A stretch of DNA of 64,000 nt from Camelus dromedarius (lineage: Eukaryota): the NCBI RefSeq assembly GCF_036321535.1, contig NC_087436.1, positions 87,608,001 to 87,672,000 on the forward strand, read 5' to 3'. Both the position numbers and the translations under genes were made by a program. The notes beneath the pieces are model-generated. The model worked only from the letters and a program-made list of their open reading frames with translations, had not been told where the DNA came from and ran no database searches. Shown here piece by piece: positions 24,069 to 37,400 of the stretch (position 1 is the first letter of the stretch; each line of letters begins with the position of its first letter).

Positions 24069-25310
24069 GTGAGTATTTTTAAGAGTTTAAGAGAATTATT
24101 AATTTATTGGGTACATAAATCTGTATGTGGAAAGTATACAATTATGAAAAATGATAATGTATATTTTTTGAGATGGACTGATGTTCAGAATGGATTATGA
24201 CATGAAAGAAAGTTATAAAACAATCTGTGATATATCTCATTTTTATTTTTCAGATTATATGTATGTTTGTAAAAACCTGGAAGGGTATGCCAAAATGTCA
24301 TCAATGATTCGTTATGGGTAGCAGGGTAACAGATGATTTTCATTTTATTTCTGTTTGCCTGTTGTTTTCTAAACTTTCCTGGGTTGTTGTTTTTTTTTTT
24401 TTTTTTTTGGGCATAATGATGCCTGTATTATTTTAAGAGGCAAAAAAATAAACAAAAAACAAACAAAAAGCTTCCAAGGGAGAATTCTGGGAGATCAGTG
24501 TGAGTATCCATGCCCTGCAGTTGATGGATTTTTTCAGTTAAAGATTTTTCATATCTTCTTGGGTTTTATATTCAGTGATATGAAAATCAATTAGCAAATA
24601 TGTAAAATTATTTTTATTTGTACATCTATTATTGGTTATAAAGGAAAAAGATTTTGCCTTTATTATACTTGTTGAAAAGTGAATTTTTCTTTGTGCCTCA
24701 CAGATTATATCTGAACTCTAAGAAGTAACATATTTAGTATAAGGGAGCCAAAAGTCCAAAAACATTTTATCCTGCTCAAAATTCTGGTCAAAGCATAGTT
24801 ATTCAAAATGTCTTTGGGCACCTGCTATGTGTTACCTAACTATAGCTAACTAAATTTGTTTTACCAAGCATTACAGACAAAAGTAAACTTAAACCTAAGG
24901 ACTTAAAACATAATCCTTTCCTTTTAAAAATTTTCATCATACTTTTCGGGGGGGGAAATTTTTTTTTAATTAACTTTTCTCACTTTCATAAATATCTTTT
25001 CTTCCTGAAGAATGTGTTCCAATCTCTAAATAATAAATATGAACATAAAATGTGATTCTTACTGGAATCTCAATCACAATGCTGAGTATTTTCTGCATAT
25101 ATTATAGAAGGAAGACATTCCTCTGAGAGAGTAATACTGTTGAGGAATCGTCTCCATGGCACTGTTGTTCTTGGCACCATAAACTCAAAGAAGCAAGAAA
25201 TGTGACTGATTTCTTTATAGCCATTAGCGAGTTACCTAAGTCTTTTAGTTTTTTTCTACCTGAAAATTCTACCTGTTATTAATATGACAATGTTAAAATA
25301 CTTTGAAATA

Positions 25311-25456
25311 GGGGAAGGGTATAGCTCAACTGGTAGGGCACATGCTTAGCATATACAAGGTCCTGGGTTCAATCCCCCAGTACCTCCCCTAAAAATAAAT
25401 AACTAAGTAAACCTAATTACCTCTCCCCCCAAAAAACAAATTTAAAAAATTAAATT
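25311..25456 (+). mobile_element. tRNA-derived camelid SINE (Vic-1-like) with 15-bp TSD
   Basis: ggggaagggtatagctcaactggtag...cctgggttcaatcccc with A and B boxes, A-rich tail; AAATACTTTGAAATA at 25296-25310 and 25457-25471. Confidence 0.85.
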
Positions 25457-25635
25457 AAATACTTTGAAATACACAGACACATACCAGTTTCTCTACAGTT
25501 AAAGAAAAAGAAGCCAGTATCGAAAAGATAATTAGCTTTATAATTCAGTTAATATCGGAGTTTGTTTTTTAATTGTATAGTTAATCATTAGAAAGAATTT
25601 TATTAAACTTCTTTTTAAAATGCTAAGACAAGTGT

Positions 25636-25881
25636 TATATATCACTTATATGTGGAATCTAAAAAATAATACAAATGAATCTATTTACAAAACAGAAACA
25701 GACTCACAGACATAGAAAACAAACTTATGGTTATCATAGGGGAAAGAGGGGAAGGATAAATTAGACGTTTGGGATTAACAGATATTACTATGTATAAAAT
25801 AGATAAGCAACAAGGATTTACTGTATAGCACGGAGAACTATGTGCAATATCTCGTAATAACCTATAATGGAAAATAATCTG

Positions 25882-25919
<38 letters not shown>

Positions 25920-25992
25920 GAATCACTTTGCTGTGCACCTGAAACTAACACAATATTGTAAATTAGCTATAATTCAATTTTTTTAGAAAAAC
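25636..25992 (+). mobile_element. L1 3'-UTR fragment with (TA)n
   Basis: tcacttatatgtggaatctaaaaaa...acagactcacagacatagaaaacaaacttatgg; homologous to 6160-6520. Confidence 0.8.
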
Positions 25993-26109
25993 TGCATTAG
26001 CAATTTAAAGAAAATAAAATTAAATGACCACAAGATGGCAGCATCAGAATGAAATTTGAAAATTCCATATACTATCGCTAGTCAATTAGACCTTTCCATT
26101 ACTTCCTAA

Positions 26110-27065
26110 CCAACTTTCTCTCATTGCTTTAAATACCCTCTATAAGCTGATGACTCTCGAATTTGGAACTCCTGCTTTAATCTCTCCTCTGAGCTAAGGG
26201 TCACATATCCAACTGCCTTGTTACTTTCGCTACTTCAGTATCTAATAGGCATCTCTAACCTAACAAGTCTGAAGTCTTCATATCCCCCCCCCCAAATGTG
26301 CACTTCTTTCCAGTGCTCCCGTCTTGTTAAGCGGTACCCGTTAGTCCATCAGCAGAGCCCTCAGGCTCTACCTTCAGAAGACGTTTAGTCTGGCTGATTC
26401 TCACCACCTCCACCACCACTGCCATGGTGTAAACCAGGGTCATCTCCTGCCTGCACTGCCAGAATCGCCTCCTAAGTGGCCTTCCTGCTTCCTCTTTCAC
26501 CCCTGTGTTCAGCTCTCTATACAGGAGCCAGAGTGATCCTTTATAAAAGATCATGTCCCTTCCCTATTCAGAACCCTCCAGATGGTTTCCAAAGTCCATT
26601 CCCTGGCCTTACACGTCTGGCCTCTAGTTATTTCTTTGACTCATTGCCCACAAGTTGACTCTCTCAGTCTCTTTTTCAGCCACACTGGCCTCCTATCTGT
26701 TCCTGGAACCCCAGTCACGTCTTCACCTTGGGGCCTTTGCACATGTTTCCTCTGCCCAATTACCCACATGCCTGACTCCTTCACGTCATCCAGTTACCAT
26801 CGGACTGACCTTATCAGAGAAGCCTTCCTCGACCATCCTCTGTAAAGTAGAACCCCTCCCTGGTCACTCTCTCTACCTACCCTGACTTGCTTTTCTCAGA
26901 TAATGTCCTGCTTGTTTTGCTTGTTCAGGTGTGTATTATCTGCCCCTCTCCAGTAAAATAACAAGGACTTGGACCTTACCTGTCTGTTGACTGCTGTATC
27001 CTCAGCACCTTGAATAGTATCTAACACAGAGGAGACATTTAATGATTATTTGTTGAATGAATAAA
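26110..27065 (+). mobile_element. L2a-like LINE 3' region
   Basis: gctgatgactc...cagccacactggcctcc...gggcctttgcacatg...tttgttgaatgaataaa terminus. Confidence 0.75.
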
Positions 27066-27639
27066 GAGAAGAAAAGGACAGAAGAGAGAGAGAGGTTTAG
27101 GAGTTCCAAAAAAGAAAGGATCTGCAATACGAGAGTGTTCCTAGGAAAGTGGCCTTGAAGATGAGAACCTCCAGGCAGTTTTCTTTGAGTGCCTGGTCTT
27201 TAAAATTATATGGCTTAAATCTTCATTTACAGTGTTGCAAAAAAACATTGGAAGTTAAAATTTTCTGTCAGAGGATAACAGTCTTGTGAGAAACTGTTCA
27301 GTCAGTAACTTTGTTAAAACTCTCTTAGGAAGTAACAAGTGAATATCATCTGAGACTCTATCAGCATCAGGCTTATTATGCACTTAGAAATTTTGATATA
27401 ATTTTTAACTAATTGAGAAATAAATTGTGTTAACAAGTGTATTGATAGACATTATGAACAATTACTAAGAGGTCACTAGTTGAATCTTGATTGGTTTTGT
27501 TTTCTTTGTTGTTTTGGTCATGACTGTATAACGTCTTAGTGCCTTCTGTTCTTGCTAATATTCTCGAAAGTTTTGTTTATTAATTTTTTCTGTCCCTACA
27601 TGTGGATGTAAATAAACCATATGCTTATTCGCTTAACAG

Positions 27640-27843
27640 GAAAACAGCATCATCCTAAATGGCACTGTGATGGTCAGCCCAGCCCGCCTCCCTAGCTCCT
27701 CCAGCGGAGACCCGCCGGGCGGAGGGGACTGGGTGCGCTACAAGCTCTGCGTGTGCGCTGACGGAACCCTCTTCAAAGTGCAGGTGACAGGCCAGAACAT
27801 GGGGTGCCAAACTGCAGATAGCCCCTGCGGAGACACTCGTTAG
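27640..27843 (+). CDS. SGCB: Beta-sarcoglycan exon 6 (terminal coding exon)
   Basis: taacag| ENSIILNGTVMVSPARLPSSSSGDPPGGGDWVRYKLCVCADGTLFKVQVTGQNMGCQTADSPCGDTR, TAG stop. The four C-terminal Cys are retained. Total CDS 969 nt = 322 aa + stop. Confidence 0.97.
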   Translation, partial: ENSIILNGTVMVSPARLPSSSSGDPPGGGDWVRYKLCVCADGTLFKVQVTGQNMGCQTADSPCGDTR

Positions 27844-28237
27844 AAGACCCCGAGAGGTCTCAGTACCCTCACATTTTGACTTGACTTTTTTTTAAGGGTG
27901 GGCATGCAAATCATGTTTTTACAGAGTTTGTGATAACTTGTAATTATTTTGTCTGCAGAGCACTGCTGTATGTATTGTGTAATCTCCATGTTTAAAATAT
28001 TCTCAGAGAGCCTAAATCTAATACATTTCATTAAGTTGCACTGATCTTCATTTTGCAGTTCTCTAAAATAATTGAGAAGGAACACAATCAAAACTGATCT
28101 TTAAAGCAGTGTTTTTAAAATTCCACTATTCCTTGTCTAAAGGTTAAAGGGCTGAAGCAACTGTTTAGACTCACTCTGAGTAAGCTTTGGTAACTAATGG
28201 GGATAGACCCACTCCGGATGTTTAAAGGTACACCGTC

Positions 28238-28243
28238 AATAAA
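28238..28243 (+). terminator. Candidate proximal SGCB poly(A) signal
   Basis: AATAAA about 400 nt after the stop codon, followed by U/GU-rich sequence (tgctctgtcttttgg). Confidence 0.5.
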
Positions 28244-28489
28244 CGTTACATGCTCTGTCTTTTGGCTTCTAAGAGGAAAGAGATTTTTAGTGCATTAACT
28301 TTCAGCCATATTCTCGCATGCAAGTGAAGTCATTAAAGAACTTCACATCTGGGAGGTGGTAAGAAACTACGGTTCCTTAGTTTTGCACCAAGAAGAAAAT
28401 ACTCTAATAGAATGTTTACTCGTTAAATATTGATGAATATTGTGTTCATAATGTGGTAGAAATTTAAGCAGCATCTCAGCTTTAGCTGT

Positions 28490-28745
28490 TAAATAATGAT
28501 GAGAGCCGTCATTGGTTGAGCATCCCACACTGCCCGGCATTGTCCTAGGCATTGCACATGCAGTGTCTCTAATCTCACCACAACTCTGTAAGCAGGTCTT
28601 ACTGTCCCAGTTTTACCCATTAGGAAACTGAGGATCAGGGAAGTTAAGAAACTTGCCTAATGTCACAGAGGAAAGAGCAAAGTTAGGATTGGAATTCAGG
28701 TATGGTTCAAACCTAGATGTACCTATTTCTAAATACTGCATCTTT
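28490..28745 (-). mobile_element. MIR SINE within the long SGCB 3' UTR
   Basis: cccagttttacccattaggaaactgaggatcagggaagttaagaaacttgcctaatgtcacag. Confidence 0.7.
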
Positions 28746-30677
28746 TTCTCTGTCTGCACTGAAGTTTTAATCATTTAAAACTCTAGAAAGATGAATAAAG
28801 ACTAATTCAAACTTACCTAAGCAGATAAGGCTCAAACAAAACAGGTATGCTTACTTTAGTTAAGAGAAAATAAATCAATCTCTTGTCAAAAAAATGACCA
28901 ATCACTGCCAGGTTTTAAACTATCTCCAGCCAGTTCCAAAATAATATAGAGAGGTCAAATTGGCCTAGTTGTGGGTTACCTGCTTTTCCCAACTGGGGTA
29001 CCTGAATGGGTAAAAGGGTTGCCAAGATATGTGTACCCTCCACCCTCAGGAAAGTACAGTGGGGAGTTGGGGAGGCCATGCTCCGGGCAAGTCCTGCTGG
29101 CCGGGAATGACTGGTGCGTTTCCCCTAGCTTGCCATATAGATAATACCCTTTTCTATCTATGCCATACCTTGAAAAAAGTCAGGAAGCACTGGACTAAAT
29201 GGTGCTAATGCAGGAAATAATATAAGGAATTTTATGTAAGTATGAGAATTAATCTCTGCTCCTAACATCACCACCCATTGTAATGATTTACAACCTCAAG
29301 CCAGTTGATTTGCAATGTATTTTATATCTGACTTGAAAGGAACTCTTTGGTATTATTAAGACATACACAGCATCAGGAATAGAGACCTCAAAGTAGTGTG
29401 GTGTAAAGTAGGCAATAGTGATAAATCATAGGCCCCAGTCTGCATTCAAGTGTAACAATATTCTGTCCTGGTCACTTTGAACCATGTAGATAAAAAATCA
29501 ATACAAAAAACAATTTGCATTCAATATTGCCACAGTTCTCTCTGATAGAAAAACCAAATACCTTAGAGATTATGAATAGTCATGAAACTATCCTAAAGTA
29601 GAGGTTGACTAACTTCCAATACTGAGTGCAGTTTTTAAGTCAAGAAAAAAGAGAGAGTGAAATTTGTGACTTCTGGTTGTTATTAGTTGTAGTGATGTTC
29701 AGAACCACTTAATATCTGAATGATACTCAGAGAAAATCCATTGGAATTTTCATTCAGATACTCAGTGTATTTGTAAATTTTACACTCATTACTTGTCTGC
29801 TCTATTTAGATTTGTTTTGAAAGTTTGTTTAGATAAAATATTTTTACAAAAACCACAGAATACTGTGTTACAAAGTATTATTTATTGAATGTGATTCACG
29901 AAATAATCTATTTTTGCTCCTCTGAGAAACTTGCTTTTGATACATCTCCATTAAGTGCTTTTGACATGAGAGGATATTTTAATGTTTTTAAAGAACTGAT
30001 TGTTAAGGTAACAGGTATAGTATTTTAGGACACTTTACAGGTAGCCTTTGCTTTTTCACTGAAACAGAACAAGAACAAACAAGTCCATTTCACCTGTGAC
30101 CTATTTTGCATTACAGTAAAGCCTCAGCTGTTCATTTTCACCATCAGATGGTATTTTTCTCTAAACTGAAATGTTAACTTTTCCTCTTTCTGCTGATTCC
30201 TCCCCTGCATCGAGTGCTGACATGGCAGGCAGCAGACCGGGAGGAGGTGGAGGACAAAGACAGGCACCCAGGAGAGCAGGGCAGACACGTGCTTGTTTGA
30301 GTGACTACCACACTTTGGAGGTAGATTGCGATAATAAGGGGGACAAGTGAAATAAAAGCAAGGTATTTTAGAGGCTGTCTAATGGGCAGATGGGAAAAAT
30401 GCAAAACAACACACAGGACTGTCTATGTATGGTCTGTAATATTTGAAAATATACTTTTTGTATTCTTTTTGCATTATGAAAAAACAAAATAAATTGTGTG
30501 TGATAGTTTTGAATGAAAGATAGAAGCTCTACCTAGTTTTGAGGGGTTTTTTTTAAGAGAGTGAGAATGTTGTGGTGCTAAATTTGACAGAAAACGGAGA
30601 CCATTAAAATGCTGATAATTTTAGTAATCTTTTTTAAAGTGTTGAGGGGGTGAAGATTACAAATTATGCTGTACAAA

Positions 30678-30767
30678 AATAAACCTATAAATTTGTTTCA
30701 AGTTACTGATTTGACTTTCAGTTAATTCAGTTTGTAGTAACTATTAATGACCTCTGTTAACAATAAA
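30678..30767 (+). terminator. Candidate distal SGCB poly(A) signals
   Basis: AATAAA at 30678-30683 (TGTA just upstream, U-rich downstream) and at 30762-30767; would give a 3' UTR of about 2.9 kb. Confidence 0.6.
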
Positions 30768-31049
30768 GATTCTGTAAATTGTTTGCTGTTAATTTTTTAA
30801 TTGTTAAAATATTCCAGGTTTCTGCTTAATCATATAAACGTGCTGAATGTAAATTTAGCTTGAGAATTTGGACACTACCAGAATTTATGTAATGTCTCTG
30901 GAATCCTAGAGCTCGGAATTAGAAGCTGTGCAGTCCCAGTCTGGAAAGTCTTGCCCTCCGTGCACTGCAGGATGCCTCTCTCCGGCGGCTTTCCCCCTAG
31001 TATGCCCAGAATTGTATACCACACTCTGTGTCACTGTCACTGCTGTCAC

Positions 31050-31211
31050 CAGGGCAAGAGGCCAGAGTCTGGAGATGAAGGGGTTGAAGTTTTATTACAG
31101 GGCAGGCTCCAGGGCGGATGGGTGGAGCCTCAAAGGCTCAGGTCTAAAATCCCCACCTGGCTGATTCAGAGAGAGACCCATTTGAAAACTCCCGGAGGAC
31201 CAAAGGTATGC
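31050..31211 (+). promoter_or_regulatory. Candidate LRRC66 promoter and non-coding exon 1
   Basis: GC-richer patch with CDX-like TTTATTAC (31091-31098), GGGCGG and GGGTGG boxes, and a nuclear-receptor-like repeat at 31051-31064. Ends in donor AAG|GTATGC (31205/31206). The first coding exon has an acceptor 5 nt before its ATG, which implies an upstream exon. Confidence 0.45.
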
Positions 31212-33757
31212 CTTAGGAACAGTGTTCCTATTGTGTTCTTTCTACATCTTAGCAAAACTAGCCTCTTTGGGTTTTTGACTTCTAATTGTTTTAACTTCTC
31301 TTTGTTTTATGTAAGAATGGACTTTCATTTCCTTTCTACTTTCTGTTTTTGATACTGCCTTCTCCCTGTCTCGCTGTCTGACACACACACGCCCAGTGTT
31401 CCTAACTGCTTCCTCATACTTCAGCTCGAATATATCTATTTAAAGATTTAACATTTCACCTAATTATCTCCAGTTTCCTCAGAAGATTTTTCTGAAGTTC
31501 TCGGGTGTTCCTTACCTAATACATATGTTTGTGTGTAGTGTGTATATATATTTTTTTTCTTTACAAATTAATACTTTTCACTTTAAGATATGAGTATCCT
31601 TATCTAGTTGTTTTGAACTCACATCTATTAATTATAGATAAATCTCTTCATAGAAAGAATCAGGTCAATGAAAATCTTTAACTTAAGTCTCCTTAAGAAG
31701 TATTTTTCAACCACATGTTTCTGTTCAATTTTGAAATATGCCTGTGGATGATAACTGTTTTGTTGCTGATGTTCCATTAGCTTGCTATATAATTGTATGT
31801 ATATATAATGACTGCAGCTTTGAATATAATAACAAATATCTTTCTGACTATACAAATTAATTCAATTTCTGATATTGCATGAAAGGCACACTTTAAAGAT
31901 AAATCACTCCTCCATGGTGTAGGGCACCTTTGCAGTTCATGATCACACGTACCTGAATTTAGATGCCCTTCAAAACATGGGAGAATTGACCTTGTATGAA
32001 ACCAAAGTTTTAAAAGTTACATGGTAAATTTCATTCACTCCATCATTCATTTATCCAAGCAGAGTGTAGCCTGATGACAGACTGCAGACTATCGAAAACA
32101 GAAAACATGGGGGAAAATACATAGATGAGATGAGATGAGAGAGAGAGAGAGAGAGAGAGGTGATGGAGCCATATATATATAATGACAGACTGAGGACTAT
32201 TAAAAATATAAAACATGGGGGGAAATTTTATCTATCTATACATGGCTCTTACCCTCTGGGAGCTTAGTCTTTTGAGGTGTTTAAAAAAGACACAAAGCAA
32301 AGCAATAACAATGTGGGATAGTATTAATGTTCTGTCAAACTGAATGTTACAAACATGCATTCATTCATTCATTTAATAAATATTCACTGAAAGATTTCTG
32401 AAGACATAAGGTGCAAATAGAGGCCAAAGCAGGAAAAAGGGTCTTCAGGCCATAGGGTCTGTGATGGATCTGGAAGGATATATGTAGGATTTGGACTGAG
32501 GGGAGGAAAAGGCATTGGGCTTGGAATTGGAGTGAACTAAAAGCTCATTTTTGCATGAGATCTACATATATATATACTGAGGTACAGAAGCCGCATCTTG
32601 TATTTGCTCCACATGTACTTTTAAAACTAGTTCATAAAGTTAGGTAAGTAATGCAAACCTGGAGTGCCAGCCTGAGGGATTTGGACTACAGGAGCCCTAG
32701 GAGAATTTTAAATCGGGGGATGATGTGAGGAGAAGAGTACTGTGGGGAAGTAACCCTTTGAAACCTTCTGGATGAATCAAGAAGGAAAGTCAAGAGGCAG
32801 TGGCTGGAAAATAGACCATCCTAGTACTGCAGAGTAGTGATGAGGACCAGAGTGGTGCCATTAGAACAGAAAGCAAGGGACGGTTTATTGTAAACCTACG
32901 TGCTGAATAATGTGGTTATTTGTATGCACATTGGTTTTTTTAATGGAACTTGGATTAATTAAAACACATCACAAAAGTTATCCTTTCGATTTTCTTTTTA
33001 AATTACTTTTTGTGCTTTATAGATACTTGTTTTAAAGCTTTTAAGTGCTTCTCAAGGATCTTTGGTGAAAAAAGTTACTTGAGTTTCTGTATCTTATTAT
33101 ATCTTCATGGGTCCTAGGCAGAGCATCCTGTTTATAATCCATTTTTTAATGTTGCATATGTCTAAATGATTTCAAAAGGATTTGAAAAGTCACAAAAGCC
33201 ACAAAGACAAAGCTTGTAGTTCTAGTCATTAAAAAAAAATCAAGAGTCTCTTCTCGTGAGTTGAACTTTCCACCCATACAGTTCCACAGTTTAGCGTAAC
33301 TGGATGACTTGTTACTCACATGGTAAATCACACGGCTGACTGCAGTGCTGTAAGATAAGCTAATAGACTTTGCTCAGTACTAATGACTAGCAAGGAAGCA
33401 GAGAAGTCTTTAATCTTGGTAGGTTTCCCTCACTCCTAAGCAGACGGCAGGGTGAATGATCCTGGAAGAGCAGACACAGAGGTGAGGCCCAAGTGAATTT
33501 GTATTTTCTGACAAATCAGGGGAGCTCTTTCTTTAAAAATGTGTCATAAATGTAATTTTATACTATAGCTGTATACCATTTTGCAAGCTACACTTTGCCC
33601 CAGTTTGTAAGAAATTAAACATTCACTTAAATGGGCAATCAAGGAAGAATAATGTTCCTAAATCTTAAATTGAAAATTAAATTTTCCGCTTATTTGCTGT
33701 TAGTTTTTACATAAGCTATTTTGAAAAAGTCAATTAATTTTCCTCTCTCCAGGCATT

Positions 33758-34256
33758 ATGAAAAACCTATGTTTGAGAGTCATTACCATGGTGATAGGTC
33801 TTTATTTTACTGGCACAATGACAAACCCATCTAGAAAAAGTAGTATTTTATTCAATTCCAAGTGCCAGTGGAATGGATATCTTCTGACAAATTGTTCTTT
33901 TGCTGGAAAGCATGAGATACCTGTGGACATGTCACAGATAGCAGCCACGGTGGATGCTGTAAGTTCCAATTTCTTCAAGGTTCTCTTACAAACTCACATG
34001 AAAAAAGAAGAATGGACTATAAGACATCTGGACCTCAGTAACAATCTCATATCAAAAGTAACCTTGAGCTCTTTCGCGCATTTTCATGCTCTGGAAATAT
34101 TAAACCTCAGCAACAACGCCATCCACTCCGTGTCATTGGATCTGCCCAGTCTTAAGTCCTCGTGGGTGAAACGCCACAGAAGCAGCTTGAGAAATGGGCT
34201 TCCATTTCTAAAGTTGCTCATTCTTCAAAGAAATAAACTCAGTCATATACCCAAGG
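33758..34256 (+). CDS. LRRC66: LRRC66 first coding exon (signal-like N-terminus and LRRs)
   Basis: Acceptor ctccag|33753, ATG at 33758: MKNLCLRVITMVIGLYFTGTMTNPSRKS...IRHLDLSNNLI...LEILNLSNNAI...LKLLILQRNKLSHIPK. Donor G|GTAAGT, phase 1. Confidence 0.95.
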
Positions 34257-34283
34257 GTAAGTACAATTTTAAAAAATAGACTT

Positions 34284-34460
34284 GGGGGGAGGGTATAGCT
34301 CAAGGGGTAGAGTGCATGCTTAGCATGCATAAGGCCCTGGGTTCGATCCCGAGTACCTCCTCCAAAAACAAGTAAACCTAGTTACCTACCCCCTGCCCCT
34401 GCCAAGATAAAAAAATTATTAAATAATACAATAATAAATAAAATATTTAATTAATTAATG
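34284..34460 (+). mobile_element. tRNA-derived camelid SINE (Vic-1-like)
   Basis: ggggggagggtatagctcaaggggtagagtgcatgcttagcatgcataaggccctgggttcgatccc plus A/T tail, 27 nt downstream of the LRRC66 donor. Confidence 0.85.
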
Positions 34461-37400
34461 TTAGAAAGATGGACTAGACCAAGAAACAATGAGTATGTGG
34501 AGAGTTAATGTTTTATGTCAGTAAGAATCCTAGGTTGGTTTTCAGTTTCAAGGAAACAGCTGAATGTAAAGTAATTTGATCAGAGCAAATAAAAGGAGTT
34601 TCTTGTGGAATTTGAAGTTATAATATGTGGAACTTATAGTCAATGCAATTTAATCTCCTATTACTATAACTTACATTAATGTTATGGATTTGTCAAGAGA
34701 TACTAGGAAGTGTCTAAGTTCTAAATAATAATGTGTGGTTTTAAATTACCTGCTTTGATTATTATACATTTTTTTCTAAATATAAAAAAGCACTAAGAAA
34801 TCACTAGTTCAGATTCTGTTCGTGTGTAACACAATTCGAATTAAATGTGTTCCCCTATTTATAATTTTTGTTTTTATAGAATATATTTTACATCTACTTA
34901 TCTGGTTGTCCTCCAAATGTAGACTACAATTATGCTAGTATTATATATAAACTTTCTTATTATCAAATCAAAATCAGAATTCCTTATCAGAACTCCACAT
35001 ATCCTTCTGTTATAAAAAATTCTCATCCATTCTGACACTGAATAATCTCCATGTTGGTGTTCCTTAACTAATACACCCATGTTTTATTTAGAAAATGTAT
35101 CAGCTTCATAAGCCAGAGCTTTTTTCTATTCAGGAGCTCCAAACACTTTCCTTTCCCTATTTGTTTTCAGTCTTGGTCACTATTTGCTAAGTACTTACTT
35201 TATATAAGACCCGATGCTAACAAAGAAAGTGTAAGGATGTCATTTTTCTCCATCTCAAATTATTCATATTTAGTTTTTCTAATTTTTCAGGTCTTTCATT
35301 TCATTTTTTAGAATTTATTTGTTTACTCTTCACTCTTTCTCCAGTTCCTGATCTTGTTTTAAGCATAATTTTGATGAGAATAGCCCAGCAGGTGAAGGGA
35401 TGACTACTCCAGTCCCCCTTCCAGCAGAATTGTGTGAGAAGGGTAGGAGCCTTCTCTCCCTGACTTTTTCCATAAAAGCAGTGTGTAGCACATTCAGTGC
35501 AAAGTATAAACTAATTTAATTTTATGATTTTCATCATATTGTTCTTATTATAAAAGGAATGCCTGTTATTTGTAGAACATTAGAAATTAAAGAAAAACTT
35601 GAAGGAAAACATTAAAGTCCCTCCTGTAATGTATCTTCTTCAAGTTTATTCTTTATGTATACATATATATTTTCCTCTCAAAATTGGATCATACTGTCGA
35701 TAGTATTTTATAACAATATCATATCACATAATATTTTGAACACCTTTACCTAATTAAGCAGTCTCATAAATAATATTTTAAATAATTGAATAATGTTCAT
35801 ACATACATATATTATAATGGTTCATCAAACAACATTTAGATTATTTCTATTTTGTTTGCTTAACTTTTTGATGAACATCATTAAAAGCTACATGTATCCA
35901 CACGATATGTTTTCTAGCTAGCATGGTAGATGTAAATCTCAACCCATGAATTCCAGTGTCCCCGAGAGAGAACCTTCTACTTTTTTATAACTCTGCAGAA
36001 CTTCTGATTCTAAGCCCCTGTTCTGCTAGTATCCGTTGGGGTGGGACGTAGGGATACTTACATTTAACATCAGCCCTTCATGGGCTTTCCTTTGTCTTTT
36101 CTTAGGTTTATACCACAGCTCTAGAATTTTATACCCTGACAAACCATCAAAGTTTGTGTGTGTGTGTGTGTGTGTGTCCATGTCCCTCACCCCCTCTAAC
36201 CAGAGAACATCTCTTTTCAGTCTTTCAGTTTGGAGAAATTCTTCCCTGCTTTCGTTTCTTCAAAACCCTTTATCTAGATCTAGAAATTCCTTTCTTCTGA
36301 AGGTTTAGGCCTTTGGAAAACAAAAGCAAAAAAAGACTCGTAGGCACCTCTATTTTCTGCCTTGTGATGTGTCTCCCCTGGAACAATTAATACTGATCCT
36401 ACTTTCTGCTTGAATGGAGAGAAAGGAAACAGGGAAATAGAGAGAGGTAAAAGATTAATATGTCAAAATATTATCCCAGCACAACAGTAACTAGAGAAGT
36501 GCGGAACATCCCTCCTTAAGGCAGATGAATTCCCCAGAGCTAAGTGGAGGTTTGGGCGAATGCATTTCATTTAAGGACCAAATATCTCTATGAAATGCAG
36601 ATAGAGCCCCATCGTCCTTTCCCAAGTTAAACCTCTGCCTCCCAAAACATCAGGAAATATGTTAAACTTGCAAAGGAGAGAGAAAAAAGATATAAAATGA
36701 GCAAATCTTGTATCTGAAATTCTAATAGACTTCTAGCAAACAAAACCATAGACAGGTTAATGAAACAGACCGATGATCAAAGTCCAGTGTAAGCCCTGCA
36801 CCTACTTACATGTAACTGAGAGTTCTTTTATCCACAGCATTGTGTGATTTGAAGTATTTTTCCATAATCATCATACTTTCCGTTTTTACCAGATTGAGTC
36901 CCCTCTAATGTCCCTTCACATTTCACTGTTCTGTGACTGTGACTGGGTAACTCTGACTTTGAAATCCCATTTTGAAGGGGAAAAGCTGATAAATGAGAGG
37001 TGCTTCCTGGAGAGCCAACCTTTTCCCAACCTTTGTTCTTTTTTGATTCCTTTATCCTAAGCTAACATCTGGATAATGTAATATTTACTCAGAATTGTGA
37101 GGATTGAAGGAAAGATGTATCTCAAGAACTGGACACAGTATTTGGCATAATAAACAGTAGCTCTTAAAATATATGAGAAGTACTTCATAAACTTGTAAAA
37201 TACTTTGCAAATACTAGTTACTATTACTCTCGGCACAAATCAAGAATAACGATCTATTTAGAAACAAATGATAAATTTGTTTTTGTCTAAATCTCAGCTT
37301 ATCTTTTAAAATGCTTAACAGTTATTGCAGCAGCTGTGACTCCCAGCCCACTATAATTCAGCAGAGAATCATTTGTATCTAACTATTTACAAGCTGTTTG

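Noticed and set aside
25311..25385. tRNA gene calls (also at 34284 and about 52845-52918)
   Set aside because: A-rich tails, TSDs and degenerate stems show these are SINEs.
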